From the human T2T-CHM13v2.0 reference genome, Homo sapiens, in assembly GCF_009914755.1 (NCBI RefSeq), contig NC_060925.1: 64,000 nucleotides of DNA. The stretch is one strand, 5' to 3'. Both the position numbers and the translations under genes were made by a program. Below the pieces are notes generated by a model. It made no database searches, was not told the origin of the DNA, and worked only from the letters and a program-made list of their open reading frames with translations. Of this stretch, positions 28,501 through 43,779 are shown piece by piece; within the stretch, counting starts at the first letter, position 1; every line of letters starts with the position of its first letter.

Positions 28501-30720
28501 AACTCGAATGGAATCATCATTGAATGGAATCGAATGGAATCATCGAGTGGAATCGAATGGAATTATGATCAAATGGAATCGAATGTAATCATCATCAAAT
28601 GGAATCAAAAATAACCATCATCAATTGGTATTGAATGGAATTGTCATCAAATGGAATTCAAAGGAATCATCATCAAATGGAACCGAATGGAATCCTCATT
28701 GAATGGAAATGAAAGGGGTCATCATCTAATGGAATCGCATGGAATCATCATAAAATGGAATCGAATGGAATCAACATCAAATGGAATCAAATGGAATCAT
28801 TGAACAGAATTGAATGGAATCGTCATCGAATGAATTGAATGCAATCATCGAATGGTCTCGAATGGAATCATCTTCTAATGGAAAGGAATGGAATCATCGC
28901 ATAGAATCGAATGGAATTAACATTGAATGGACTCGAATGGAATCAACATCAAACGGAACCAAGCGGAATTATCGAATGGAATCGAAGAGAATCATCGAAT
29001 GGACTCGAATGGAATAATCTAATGGAATTGAATGGAATAATCCACGGATTCAAATGCAATCATCATCGTATAGGATCGAATGGAATCATCGAATGGACTC
29101 GAATGGAATAATCACTGAACGGAATCGAATGGAATCATCATCGGATGGAAACGAATGGAATCATCATCGAATGGAAATGAAGGAGTCATCATCTAATGGA
29201 ATTGCATGGAATCATCATAAAATGGAATCGAATGGAATCAACATCAAATGGAATCAAATGGAATCATTGAACGGAATTGAATGGAATCGTCATCGAATGA
29301 ATTGAATGCAATCATCGAATGGTCTCGAATGGAATCATCTTCAAATGGAATGGAATGGAATCATCGCATAGAATCGAATGGAATTATCATCGAATGGAAT
29401 CGAATGGAATCAACATCAAACGGAAAAAAACGGAATTATCGAATGGAATCGAAGAGAATCATCGAATGGACCCGAATGGAATCATCTAATGGAATGGAAT
29501 GGAATAATCCATAGACTCGAATGCAATCATCATCGAATGGAATCGAATGGAATCATCGAATGGACTCGAATGGAATAATCATTGAACGGAATCGAATGGA
29601 ATCATCATCGGAGGGAAACGAATGGAATCATCTTCGAATGGAAATGAAAGGAGTCATCATCTAATGGAATTGCATGGAATCATCATAAAATGGAATCGAA
29701 TGGAATCAACATCAAATGGAATCAAATGGAATCATTGAACGGAATTGAATGGAATCGTCATGGAATGAATTGAATGCAATCATCGAATGGTCTCGAATGG
29801 AATCATCTTCAAATGGAATGGAATGGAATCATCGCATAGAATCGAATGGAATTATCATCGAATGGAATCGAATGGTATCAACATCAAACGGAAAAATACG
29901 GAATTATCAAATGGAATCGAAGAGAATCATCGAACGGACCCGAATGGAATCATCTAATGGAATGGAATGGAATAATCCATAGACTCGAATGCAATCATCA
30001 TCGAATGGAATCGAATGGAATCATCGAATGGACTCGAATGGAATAATCATTGAACGGAATCGAATGGAATCATCATCGGAGGGAAACGAATGGAATCATC
30101 TTCGAATGGAAATGAAAGGAGTCATCATCTAATGGAATTGCATGGAATCATCATAAAATGGAATCGAATGGAATAAACATCAAATGGAAACAAAAGGAAT
30201 CATTGAACGGAATTAAATGGAATCGTCACCGAATGAATTGAATGCAATCATCGAACGGTCTCTAGTGGAATCATCTTCAAATGGAATGGAATGGAATCAT
30301 CGCATAGAATCGAATGGAATTATCATCGAATGGAATCGAATGGAATCAACATCAAACGGAAAAAAACGGAATTATCGAATGGAATCGAAGAGAATCATCG
30401 AATGGACCCGAATGGAATCATCTAATGGAATGGAATGGAATAATCCATGGACTCGAATGCAATCATCATCGAATGGAATCGAATGGAATCATCGAATGGA
30501 CTCGAATGGAATAATCATTGAACGGAATCGAATGGAATCATCATCGGATGGAAATGAATGGAATCATCATCGAATGGAATCGGATAGAATTATGGAATGA
30601 AATCCAGTGTGATCATCATCGAATGGACCCGAATGGAATCATCATCCAACGGAAGCTAATGGAATCAACATCGAATGAATCGAATGGAAACACCATCGAA
30701 TTGAAACGAATGGAATTATC

Positions 30721-32495
30721 ATGAAATTGAAATGGATGGACTCATCATCGAATGGATTCGAATGGAATCATCGAATAAAATTGATTGAAATCATCATCAA
30801 ATGGAATCGAATGGTATCATTGAATGGAATCGAATGGAATCATCATCAGATGGAAATGAATGGAATCGTCATAGAATGGAATCGAATGGATTCATTGAAT
30901 GGAATCAGATGGAATCATCGAATGGACTGGAATGGAATCATTGAATGGACTCGAAAGGGATCATTATTGAATGGAATTGAATGGAATCATCGAATGGTCT
31001 CGATTGGAATCATTATCAAATGGAATCGAATGGAATCACCGAATAGAATCGAATGGAACAATCATCGAATGGACTCAAATGGAATTATCCTCAAATGGAA
31101 TCGAATGGAATTATCGAATGCAATCGAATGGAATTATCGAATGCAATCGAATAGAATCATCAAATGGACTCGAATGGAATCATCGAATGGAATGGAATGG
31201 AATAGTCAATGAACTCGAATGGAATCATCATTGAATGGAATCGAATGGAATCATCGAGTGGAATCGAATGGAATTATGATCAAATGGAATCGAATGTAAT
31301 CATCATCAAATGGAATCAAAGTAACCATCATCAATTGGTATTGAATGGAATTGTCATCAAATGGAATTCAAAGGAATCATCATCAAATGGAACCGAATGG
31401 AATCCTCATTGAATGGAAATGAAAGGGGTCATCATCTAATGGAATCGCATGGAATCATCATCAAATGGAATCGAATGGAATCATCATCAAATGGAATCTG
31501 ATGGAATCATTGAACAGAATTGAATGGAATGGTCATCAAATGAATTGAATGCAATCATCGAATGGTCTCGAATGGAATCATCTTCTAATGGAAAGGAATG
31601 GAATCATCGCATAGAATCGAATGGAATTAACATCGAATGGACTCGAATGGAATCAACATCAAACGGAATCAAGCGGAATTATCGAATGGAATCGAAGAGA
31701 ATCATAGAATGGACTCGAATGGAATCATCTACTGGAATGGAATGGAATAATCCACGGACCCGAATGCAATCATCATCGAATGGAATCGAATGGAATCATC
31801 GAATGGACTCGAATGGAATAATCATTGAACGGAATCGAATGGAATCATCATCGGATGGAAACGAATGGAATCATCATCGAATGGAAATGAAAGGAGTCAT
31901 CATCTAATGGAATTGCATGGAATCATCATAAAATGGAATCGAATGGAATCAACATCAAATGGAATCAAATGGAATCATTGAACGGAATTGAATGGAATCG
32001 TCATCGAATGAATTGAATGCAATCATCGAATGGTCTCGAATGGAATCATCTTCAAATGGAATGGAATGGAATCATCGCATAGAATCGAATGGAATTATCA
32101 TCGAATGGAATCGAATGGAATCAACATCAAACGGAAAAAAACGGAATTATCGAATGGAATCGAAGAGAATCATCGAATGGACCCGAATGGAATCATCTAA
32201 TGGAATGGAATGGAATAATCCATGGACTCGAATGCAATCATCATCGAATGGAATCGAATGGAATCATCGAATGGACTCGAATGGAATAATCATTGAACGG
32301 AATCGAATGGAATCATCATCGGATGGAAATGAATGGAATCATCATCGAATGGAATCGAATAGAATTATGGAATGAAATCCAGTGTGATCATCATCGAATG
32401 GACCCGAATGGAATCATCATCCAACGGAAGCTAATGGAATCAACATCGAATGAATCAAATGGAAATACCATCGAATTGAAACGAATGGAATTACC
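30721..32495 (+). repeat. Representative near-consensus ~1.78-kb unit (core + module A + module B)
   Basis: Core markers at 30721 and 32496; module A start 31524; module B start 31992. Confidence 0.9.
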
Positions 32496-35400
32496 ATGAA
32501 ATTGAAATGGATGGACTCATCATCGAATGGATTCGAATGGAATCATCGAATAAAATTGATTGAAATCATCATCGAATGGAATCGAATGGTATCATTGAAT
32601 GGAATCGAATGGAATCATCATCAGATGGAAATGAATGGAATCGTCATAGACTGGAATCGAATGGATTCATTGAATGGAATCAGATGGAATCATCGAATGG
32701 ACTGGAATGGAATCATTGAATGGACTCGAAAGGGATCATTATTGAATGGAATTGAATGGAATCATCGAATGGTCTCGATTGGAATCATTATCAAATGGAA
32801 TCGAATGGAATCACCGAATAGAATCGAATGGAACAATCATCGAATGGACTCAAATGGAATTATCTTCAAATGGAATCGAATGGAATTATCGAATGCAATC
32901 GAATGGAATTATCGAATGCAATCGAATAGAATCATCGAATGGACTCGAATGGAATCATCGAATGGAATGGAATGGAACAGTCAATGAACTCGAATGGAAT
33001 CATCATTGAATGGAATCGAATGGAATCATCGAGTGGAATCGAATGGAATTATGATCAAATGGAATCGAATGTAATCATCATCAAATGGAATAAAAAATAA
33101 CCATCATCAATTGGTATTGAATGGAATTGTCATCAAATGGAATTCAAAGGAATCATCATCAAATGGAACCGAATGGAATCCTCATTGAATGGAAATGAAA
33201 GGGGTCATCATCTAATGGAATCGCATGGAATCATCATCAAATGGAATCGAATGGAATCATCATCAAATGGAATCTAATGGAATCATTGAACAGAATTGAA
33301 TGGAATGGTCATCGAATGAATTGAATGCAATCATCGAATGGTCTCGAATGGAATCATCTTCTAATGGAAAGGAATGGAATCATCGCATAGAATCGAATGG
33401 AATTAACATTGAATGGACTCGAATGGAATCAACATCAAACGGAATCAAGCGGAATTATCGAATGGAATCGAAGAGCATCATCGAATGGACTCGAATGGAA
33501 TCATCTAATGGAATGGAATGGAATAATCCACGGACTCGAATGCAATCATCATCGAATGGAATCGAATGGAATCATCGAATGGACTCGAATGGAATAATCA
33601 TTGAACGGAATCGAATGGAATCATCATCGAATGGAAATGAAAGGAGTCATCATCTAATGGACTTGCATGGAATCATCATAAAATGGAATCGAATGGAATC
33701 AACATCAAATGGAATCAAATGGAATCATTGAACGGAATTGAATGGAATCGTCATTGAATGAATTGAATGCAATCATCGAATGGTCTCGAATGGAATCATC
33801 TTCAAATGGAATGGAATGGAATCATCGCATAGAATCGAATGGAATTATTATAGAATGGAATCAACATCAAACGGAAAAAAACGGAATTATCGAATGGAAT
33901 CGAAGAGAATCATCGAATGGACCCGAAGGGAATCATCTAATGGAATGGAATGGAATAATCCACGGACTCGAATGCAATCATTATCGTATAGAATCGAATG
34001 GAATCATCGAATGGACTCGAATGGAATAATCATTGAACGGAATCGAATGGAATCATCATCGAATGGAAACGAATGGAATCATCATCGAATGGAAACGAAT
34101 GGAATCATCATCGAATGGAAATGAAAGGAGTCATCATCTAATGGACTTGCATGGAATCATCATAAAATGGAATCGAATGGAATCAACACCAAATGGTATC
34201 AAATGGAATCATTGAACGGAATTGAATGGAATCGTCATCGAATGAATTGACTGCAATCATCCAATGGTCTCGAATGGAATCATCTTCAAATGGAATGGAT
34301 TGGAATCACTGCATAGAATCGAATGGAATTATCATCGAATGGAATTGAATGGAATCAACATCAAACGGAAAAAAACGGAATTATCGAATGGAATCGAAGA
34401 GAATCTTCGAATGGACCCGAATGGAATCATCTAATGGAATGGAATGGAATAATCCATGGACTCGAATGCAATAATCATCGAATGGCATCGAATGGAATCA
34501 TCGAATGGACTCGAATGGAATAATCATCGAACGGAATCGAATGGAATCATCATCGGATGGAAATGAATGGAATCATCATCGAATGGAATCGAATAGAATT
34601 ATGGAATGAAATCCAGTGTGATCCTCATCGAATGGACCCGAATGGAATCATCATCCAACGGAAGCTAATGGAATCAACATCGAATGAATCGAATGGAAAC
34701 ACCATCGAATTGAAACGAATGGAATTATCATGAAATTGAAATGGATGGACTCATCATCGAATGGATTCGAATGGAATCATCGAATAAAATTGATTGAAAT
34801 CATCATCGAATGGAATCGAATGGTATCATTGAATGGAATCGAATGGAATCATCATCAGATGGAAATGAATGGAATCGTCATAGAATGGAATCGAATGGAT
34901 TCATTGAATGGAATCAGATGGAATCATCGAATGGACTGGAATGGAATCATTGAATGGACTCGTAAGGGATCATTATTGAATGGAATTGAATGGAATCATA
35001 GAATGGTCTCTATTGGAATCATTATCAAATGGAATCGAATATAATCACCGAATAGAATCGAATGGAACAATCATCGAATGGACTCAAATGGAATTATCTT
35101 CAATTGGAATCGAATGGAATTATTGAATGCAATCGAATGGAATTATCGAATGCAATCGAACAGTATCATCGAATGGACTCGAATGGAATCATCGAATGGA
35201 ATGGATTGGAACAGTTAATGAACTCGAATGGAATCATCATTGAATGGAATCGAATGGAATCATCGAGTGGAATCGAATGGAATTATGATCAAATGGAATC
35301 GAATGTAATCATCATCAAATGGAATCAAAAATAACCATCATCAATTGGTATTGAATGGAATTGTCATCAAATGGAATTCAAAGGAATCATCATCAAATGG

Positions 35401-37599
35401 AACCGAATGGAATCCTCATGGAATGGAAATGAAAGGTGTCATCATCTAATGGAATCGCATGGAATCATCATCAAATGGAATCCAATGGAATCATCATCAA
35501 ATGGAATCTAATGGAATCATTGAACAGAATTGAATGGAATCGTCATCGAATGAATTGAATGCAATCATCGAATGGTCTCGAATGGAATCATCTTCTAATG
35601 GAAAGGAATGGAATCATCGCATAGAATCGAATGGAATTAACATTGAATGGACTCGAATGGAATCAACATCAAACGGAATCAAGCGAAATTATCGAATGGA
35701 ATCGAAGAGAACCATCGAATGGACTCGAATGGAATCATCTAATGGAATGGAATGGAATAATCCCCGGACTCGAATGCAATCATCATCGTATAGAATCGAA
35801 TGGAATCATTGAATGGACTCGAATGGAATAATCATTGAACAGAATCGAATGGAATCATCATCGGATGGAAACGAATGGAATCATCATCGAATGGAAATGA
35901 AAGGAGTCATCATCTAATGGAATTGCATGGAATCATCATAAAATGGAATCGAATGGAATCAACATCAAATGGAATCAAATGGAATCATTGAACGGAATTG
36001 AATGGAATCGTCATCGAATGAATTGACTGCAATCATCGAATGGTCTCGAATGGAATCATCTTCTAATAGAAAGGAATGGAATCATCGCATAGAATCGAAT
36101 GGAATTATCATCGAATGGAATCGAATGGTATCAACATGAAACGGAAAAAAACGGAATTATCGAATGGAATCGAATAGAATCATCGAATGGACCCGAATGG
36201 AATCATCTAATGGAATGGAATGGAATAATCCATGGACTCGAATGCAATCATCATCGAATGGAATCGAATGGAATCATCGAATGGACTCGAATGGAATAAT
36301 CATCGAACGGAAACGAATGGAATCATCATCGGATGGATATGTATGGAATCATCATCGAATGGAATCGAATAGAATTATGGAATGAAATCCAGTGTGATCA
36401 TCATCGAATGGACCCGAATGGAATCATCATCCAATGGAAACTAATGGAATCAACATGGAATGAATCGAATGGAAACACCATCGAATTGAAAGGAATGGAA
36501 TTATCATGAAAGTGAAATGGATGGACTCATCATCGAATGGATTCGAATGGAATCATCGAATAAAATTGATTGAAATCATGATCAAATGGAATCGAATGGT
36601 ATCATTGAATGGTATCGAATGGAATCATCATCAGATGGAAATGAATGGAATCGTCATAGAATGGAATCGAATGGATTCATTGAATGGAATCAGATGGAAT
36701 CATCGAATGGACTGTAATGGAATCAGTGAATGGACTCGAAATGGATCATCACTGAATGGAATTGAATGGAATCATCGAATGGTCTCGATTGGAATTATTA
36801 TCATATGGAATCGAATGAAATCACCGAATAGAATCGAATGGAACAATCATCGAATGGACTCAAATGGAATTATCTTCAAATGGAATCGAATGGAATTATC
36901 GAATGCAATCGAATGGAATTATCGAATGCAATCGAATAGAATCATCGAATGGACTCGAATGGAATCATCGAATGGAATGGAATGGAACAGTCAATGAACT
37001 CGAATGGAATCATCATTGAATGGAATCGAATGGAATCATCGAGTGGAATCGAATGGAATTATGATCAAATGGAATCGAATGTAATCATCATCAAATGGAA
37101 TCAAAAACAACCATCATCAATTGGTATTGAATGGACTGGTCATCAAATGGAATTGAAAGGAATCATCATCAAATGGAACCGAATGGAATCCTCATTGAAT
37201 GGAAATGAAAGGGGTCATCATCTAATGGAATCGCATGGAATCATCATCAAATGGAATCGAATGGAATCATCACCAAATGGAATCTAATGGAATCATTGAA
37301 CAGAATTGAATGGAATCGTCATCGAATGAATTGAATGCAATCATCGAATGGTCTCGAATGGAATCATCTTCTAATGGAAAAGAATGGAATCATCGCATAG
37401 AATCGAATGGAATTAACATTGAATGGACTCGAATGGAATCAACATCAAACGGAATCAAGCGGAATTATCGAATGGAATCGAAGAGAATCATCGAATGGAC
37501 TCGAATGGAATCATCTAATGGAATGGAATGGAATAATCCACGGACTCGAATGCAATCATCATCGTATAGAATCGAATGGAATCATCGAATGGACTCGAA

Positions 37600-40500
37600 T
37601 GGATTAATCATTGAACGGAATCAAATGGAATCATCATCGAATGGAAACGAATGGAATCATCATCGAATGGAAATGAAAAGAGTCATCATCTAATGGAATT
37701 GCATGGAATCATCATAAAATGGAATCGAATGGAATCAACATCAAATGGAATCAAATGGAATCATTGAACGGAATTGAATGGAATCGTCATCGAATGAATT
37801 GAATGCAATCATCGAATGGTCTCGAATGGAATCATCTTCAAATGGAATGGAATGGAATCATCGCATAGAATCGAATGGAATTATCATCGAATGGAATCGA
37901 ATGGAATCAACATCAAACGGAAAAAAACGGAATTATCGAATGGAATCGAAGAGAATCATCGAACGGACCCGAATGGAATCTTCTAATGGAATGGAATGGA
38001 ATAATCCATGGACTCGAATGCAATCATCATCGAATGGAATCGAATGGAATCATCGAATGGACTCGAATGGAATAATCATTGAACGGAATCGAATGGAATC
38101 ATCATCGGATGGAAACGAATGGAATCATCATCGAATGGAAATGAAAGGATTCATCATCTAATGGAATTGCATGGAATCATCATAAAATGGAATCGAATGG
38201 AATCAACATCAAATGGAATCAAATGGAATCATTGAACGGAATTGAATGGAATCGTCAACGAATGAATTGAATGCAATCATCGAATGGTCTCGAATGGAAT
38301 CATCTTCAAATGGAATGGAATGGAATCATCGCATAGAATCGAATGGAATTATCATCGAATGGAATCGAATGGAGTCAACATCAAACGGAAAAATCGGAAT
38401 TATCGTATGGAATCGAAGAGAATCATCGAATGGACCCGAATGGAATCATCTAATGGAGTGGAATGGAATAATCCATGGACTCGAATGCAATCATCATCGA
38501 ATGGAATCGAATGGAATCATCGAATGGACTCGAATGGAATAATCATCGAACGGAATCGAATGGAGTCATCATCGGATGGAAATGAATGGAATCATCATCG
38601 AATGGAATCGAATAGAATTATGGAATGAAATCCAGTGTGATCATCATCGAATGGACCCGAATGGAATCATCATCCAACGGAAGCTAATGGAATCAACATC
38701 GAATGAATCGAATGGAAACACCATCGAATTGAAACGAATGGAATTATCATGAAATTGAAATGGATGGACTCATCATCGAATGGATTCGAATGGAATCATC
38801 GAATAAAATTGATTGAAATCATCAACAAATGGAATCGAATGGTATCATTGAATGGAATCGAATGGAATCATCATCAGATGGAAATGAATGGAATCGTCAT
38901 AGAATGGAATCGAATGGATTCATTGAATGGAATCAGATGGAATCATCGAATGGACTGGAATGGAATCATTGAATGGACTCGAAAGGATTCATTATTGAAT
39001 GGAATTGAATGGAATCATCGAATGGTCTCGATTGGAATCATTATCAAATGGAATCGAATGGAATCACCGAATAGAATCGAATGGAACAATCATCGAATGG
39101 ACTCAAATGGAATTATCCTCAAATGGAATCGAATGGAAATATCGAATGCAATCGAATGGAATTATCGAATGCAATCGAATAGAATCATCGAATGGACTCG
39201 AATGGAATCATCGAATGGAATGGAATGGAACAGTCAATGAACTCGAATGGAATCATCATTGAATGGAATCGAATGGAATCATCGAGTGGAATCGAATGGA
39301 ATTATGATCAAATGTAATCGAATGTAATCATCATCAAATGGAATCAAAAATAACCATCATCAATTGGTATTGAATGGAATTGTCATCAAATGGAATTCAA
39401 AGGAATCATCATCAAATGGAACCGAATGGAATCCTCATTGAATGGAAATGAAAGGGGTCATCATCTAATGGAATCGCATGGAATCATCATCAAATGGAAT
39501 CGAATGGAATCATCATCAAATGGAATCTAATGGAATCATTGAACAGAATTGAATGGAATCGTCATCGAATGAATTGAATGCAATCATCGAATGGTCTTGA
39601 ATGGAATCATCTTCTAATGGAAAGGAATGGAATCACCGCATAGAATCGAATGGAATTAACATTGAATGGACTCGAATGGAATACACATCAAACGAAATCA
39701 AGCGGAATTATCGAATGGAATCGAAGAGAATCATCGAATGGACTCGAATGGAATCATCTAATGGAATGGAATGGAATAATCCACGGACTCGAATGCAATC
39801 ATCATCGTATAGAATCGAATGGAATCATTGAATGGACTCGAATGGAATAATCATTGAACGGAATCAAATGGAATCATCATCGGATGGAAACGAATGGAAT
39901 CATCATCGAATGGAAAAGAAAAGAGTCATCATCTAATGGAATTGCATGGAATCATCATAAAATGGAATCGAATGGAATCAACATCAAATGGAATCAAATG
40001 GAATCATTGAACGGAATTGAATGGAATCGTCATCGAATGAATTGAATGCAATCATCGAATGGTCTCGAATGGAATCATCTTCTAATGGAAAGTAATGGAA
40101 TCATCGCATAGAATCGAATGGAATTAAAATTGAATGGACTCGAATGGAATCAACATCAAACGGAAAAAAACGGGATTATCGAATGGAATCGAAGAGAATC
40201 ATCGAATGGACCCGAATGGAATCATCTAATGGAATGGAATGGAATAATCCATGGACTCGAATGCAATCATCATCGAATGGAATCGAATGGAATCATCGAA
40301 TGGACTCGAATGGAATAATTATTGAACGGAATCGAATGGAATCATCATCGGATGGAAACGAATGGAATCATCATCGAATGGAAATGAAAGGAGTCATGTA
40401 ATGGAATTACATGGAATCATCATAAAATGGAATCTAATGGAATCAACATCAAATGGAATCCAATGGAATCATTGAACGGAATTGAATGAATCGTCATCGA

Positions 40501-43500
40501 ATCAATTGAATGCAATCATCGAATGGTCTCGAATGGAATCATGTTCAAATGGAATGGAATGGAATCATCGCATAGAATCGAATGTAATTATCATCGAATG
40601 GAATCGAATGAAATCAGCAACAAACGGAAAAAAAAGGAATTATCGAATGGAATCAAAGAGAATCATCGAATGAACCCGAATGGAATCATCTAATGGAATG
40701 GAATGGAATAATCCATGGACTCGAATGCAATCATCATCGAATGGAATCGAATGGAATCATCAAATGGACTCGAATGGAATAATCATAGAACGGAATCGAA
40801 TGGAATCATCATCGGATGGAAATGAATGGAATCATCATCGAATGGAATCGAATAGAATTATGGAATGAAATCCAGTGTGATCATCATCGAATGCACCCGA
40901 ATGGAATCATCATCCAACGGAATCTAATGGAAACAACATCGAATGAATCGAATGGAAACACCATCGAATTGAAACGAATGGAATTATCATGAAATTGAAA
41001 TGGATGGACTCATCATCGAATGGATTCGAATGGAATCATCGAATAAAATTGATTGAAATCATCATCAAATGGAATCGAATGGTATCATTGAATGGAATCG
41101 AATGGAATCATCATCAGATGGAAATGAATGGAATCGTCATAGAATGGAATCGAATGGATTCATTGAATGGAATCAGATGGAATCATCGAATGGACTGGAA
41201 TGGAATCATTGAATGGACTCGAGAGGGATCACTATTGAATGCAATTGAATGGAATCATGGAATGGTCTCGATTGGAATCATTATCAAATGGAATCGAATG
41301 GAATCACCGAATAGAATCGAATGGAACAATCATCGAATGGACTCCAATGGAATTATCCTCAAATGGAATCGAATGGAAATATCGAATGCAATCGAATGGA
41401 ATTATCGAATGCAATCGAATAGAATCATCGAATGGACTCGAATGGAATCATCGAATGGAATGGAATGGAACAGTCAATGAACTCGAATGGAATCATCATT
41501 GAATGGAATCGAATGGAATCATCGAGTGGAATCGAGTGGAATTATGATCAAATGGAATCGAATGCAATCATCATCAAATGGAATCAAAAATAACCATCAT
41601 CAATTGGTATTCAATGGAATTGTCATCAAATGGAATTCAAATGTATCATCATCAAATGGAACCGAATGGAATCCTCATTGAATGGAAATGAAAGGGGTCA
41701 TCATCTAATGGAATCGCATGGAATCATCATCAAAAGGAATCGAATGGAATCATCATCAAATGGAATCTAATGGAATCATTGAACAGAATTGAATGGAATC
41801 GTCATCGAATGAATTGAATGCAATCATCGAATGGTCTCGAATGGAATCATCTTCTAATGGAAAGGAATGGAATCATCGCATAGAATCGAATGGAATTAAC
41901 ATTGAATGGACTCGAATGGAATCAACATCAAACGGAATCAAGCGGAATTATCGAATGGAATCGAGGAGAATCATCGAATGGACTCGAATGGAATCATCTA
42001 ATGGAATGGAATGGAATAATCCACGGACTCGAATGCAATCATCATCGTATAGAATAGAATGGAATCATCGAATGGACTCGAATGGAATAATCATTGAACG
42101 GAATCGAATGGAATCATCATCGGATGGAAACGAATGGAATCATCATCGAATGGAAATGAAAGGAGTCATCATCTAATGGAATTGCATGGAATCATCATAA
42201 AATGGAATCGAATGGAATCAACATCAAATGGAATCAAATGGAATCATTGAACGGAATTGAATGGAATCGTCATCGAATGAATTGAATGCAATCATCGAAT
42301 GGTCTCGAATGGAATCATCTTCAAATGGAATGGAATGGAATCATCGCATAGAATCGAATGGAATTATCATCGAATGGAATCGAATGGAATCAACATCAAA
42401 CGGAAAAAAACGGAATTATCGAATGGAATCGAAGAGAATCATCGAACGGACCCGAATGGAATCATCTAATGGAATGGAATGGAATAATCCATGGACTCGA
42501 ATGCAATCATCATCGAATGGAATCGAATGGAATCATCGAATGGACTCGAATGGAATAATCATTGAACGGAATCGAATGGAATCATCATCGGATGGAAACG
42601 AATGGAATCATCATCGAATGGAAATGAAAGGATTCATCATCTAATGGAATTGCATGGAATCATCATAAAATGGAATCGAATGGAATCAACATCAAATGGA
42701 ATCAAATGGAATCATTGAACGGAATTGAATGGAATCGTCAACGAATGAATTGAATGCAATCATCGAATGGTCTCGAATGGAATCATCTTCAAATGGAATG
42801 GAATGGAATCATTGCATAGAATCGAATGGAATTATCATCGAATGGAATCGAATGGAATCAACATCAAACGGAAAAATCAGAATTATCGTATGGAATCGAA
42901 GAAAATCATCGAATGGACCCGAATGGAATCATCTAATGGATTGGAATGGAATAATCCATGGACTCGAATGCAATCATCATCGAATGGAATCGAATGGAAT
43001 CATCGAATGGACTCGAATGGAATAATCATCGAACGGAATCGAATGGAGTCATCATCGGATGGAAATGAATGGAATCATCATCGAATGGAATCGAATAGAG
43101 TTATGGAATGAAATCCAGTGTGATCATCATCGAATGGACCCGAATGGAATCATCATCCAACGGAAGCTAATGGAATCAACATCGAATGAATCGAATGGAA
43201 ACACCATCGAATTGAAACGAATGGAATTATCATGAAATTTAAATGGATGGACTCATCATCGAATGGATTCGAATGGAATCATCGAATAAAATTGATTGAA
43301 ATCATCAACAAATGGAATCGAATGGTATCATTGAATGGAATCGAATGGAATCATCATCAGATGGAAATGAATGGAATCGTCATAGAATGGAATCGAATGG
43401 ATTCATTGAATGGAATCAGATGGAATCATCGAATGGACTGGAATGGAATCATTGAATGGACTCGAAAGGATTCATTATTGAATGGAATTGAATGGAATCA

Positions 43501-43700
43501 TGGAATGGTCTCGATTGGAATCATTATCAAATGGAATCGAATGGAATCACCGAATAGAATCGAATGGAACAATCATCGAATGGACTCAAATGGAATTATC
43601 CTCAAATGGAATCGAATGGAAATATCGATTGCAATCGAATGGAATTATCGAATGAAATCGAATAGAATCATCGAATGGACTCGAATGGAATCATCGAATG
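37600..43700 (+). repeat. Paired segments at offset 4483 (~37.8-39.2 kb and ~42.3-43.7 kb)
   Basis: Markers 37778/42261, 38246/42729 and 38749/43232. Shared variants are GAAAGGATTCATC, GTCAACGAAT, TTATCGTATGG and ATCAACAAAT. Confidence 0.8.
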
Positions 43701-43779
43701 GAATGGAATGGAACAGTCAATGAACTCGAATGGAATCATCATTGAATGGAATCGAATGGAATCATCGAGTGGAATCGAA

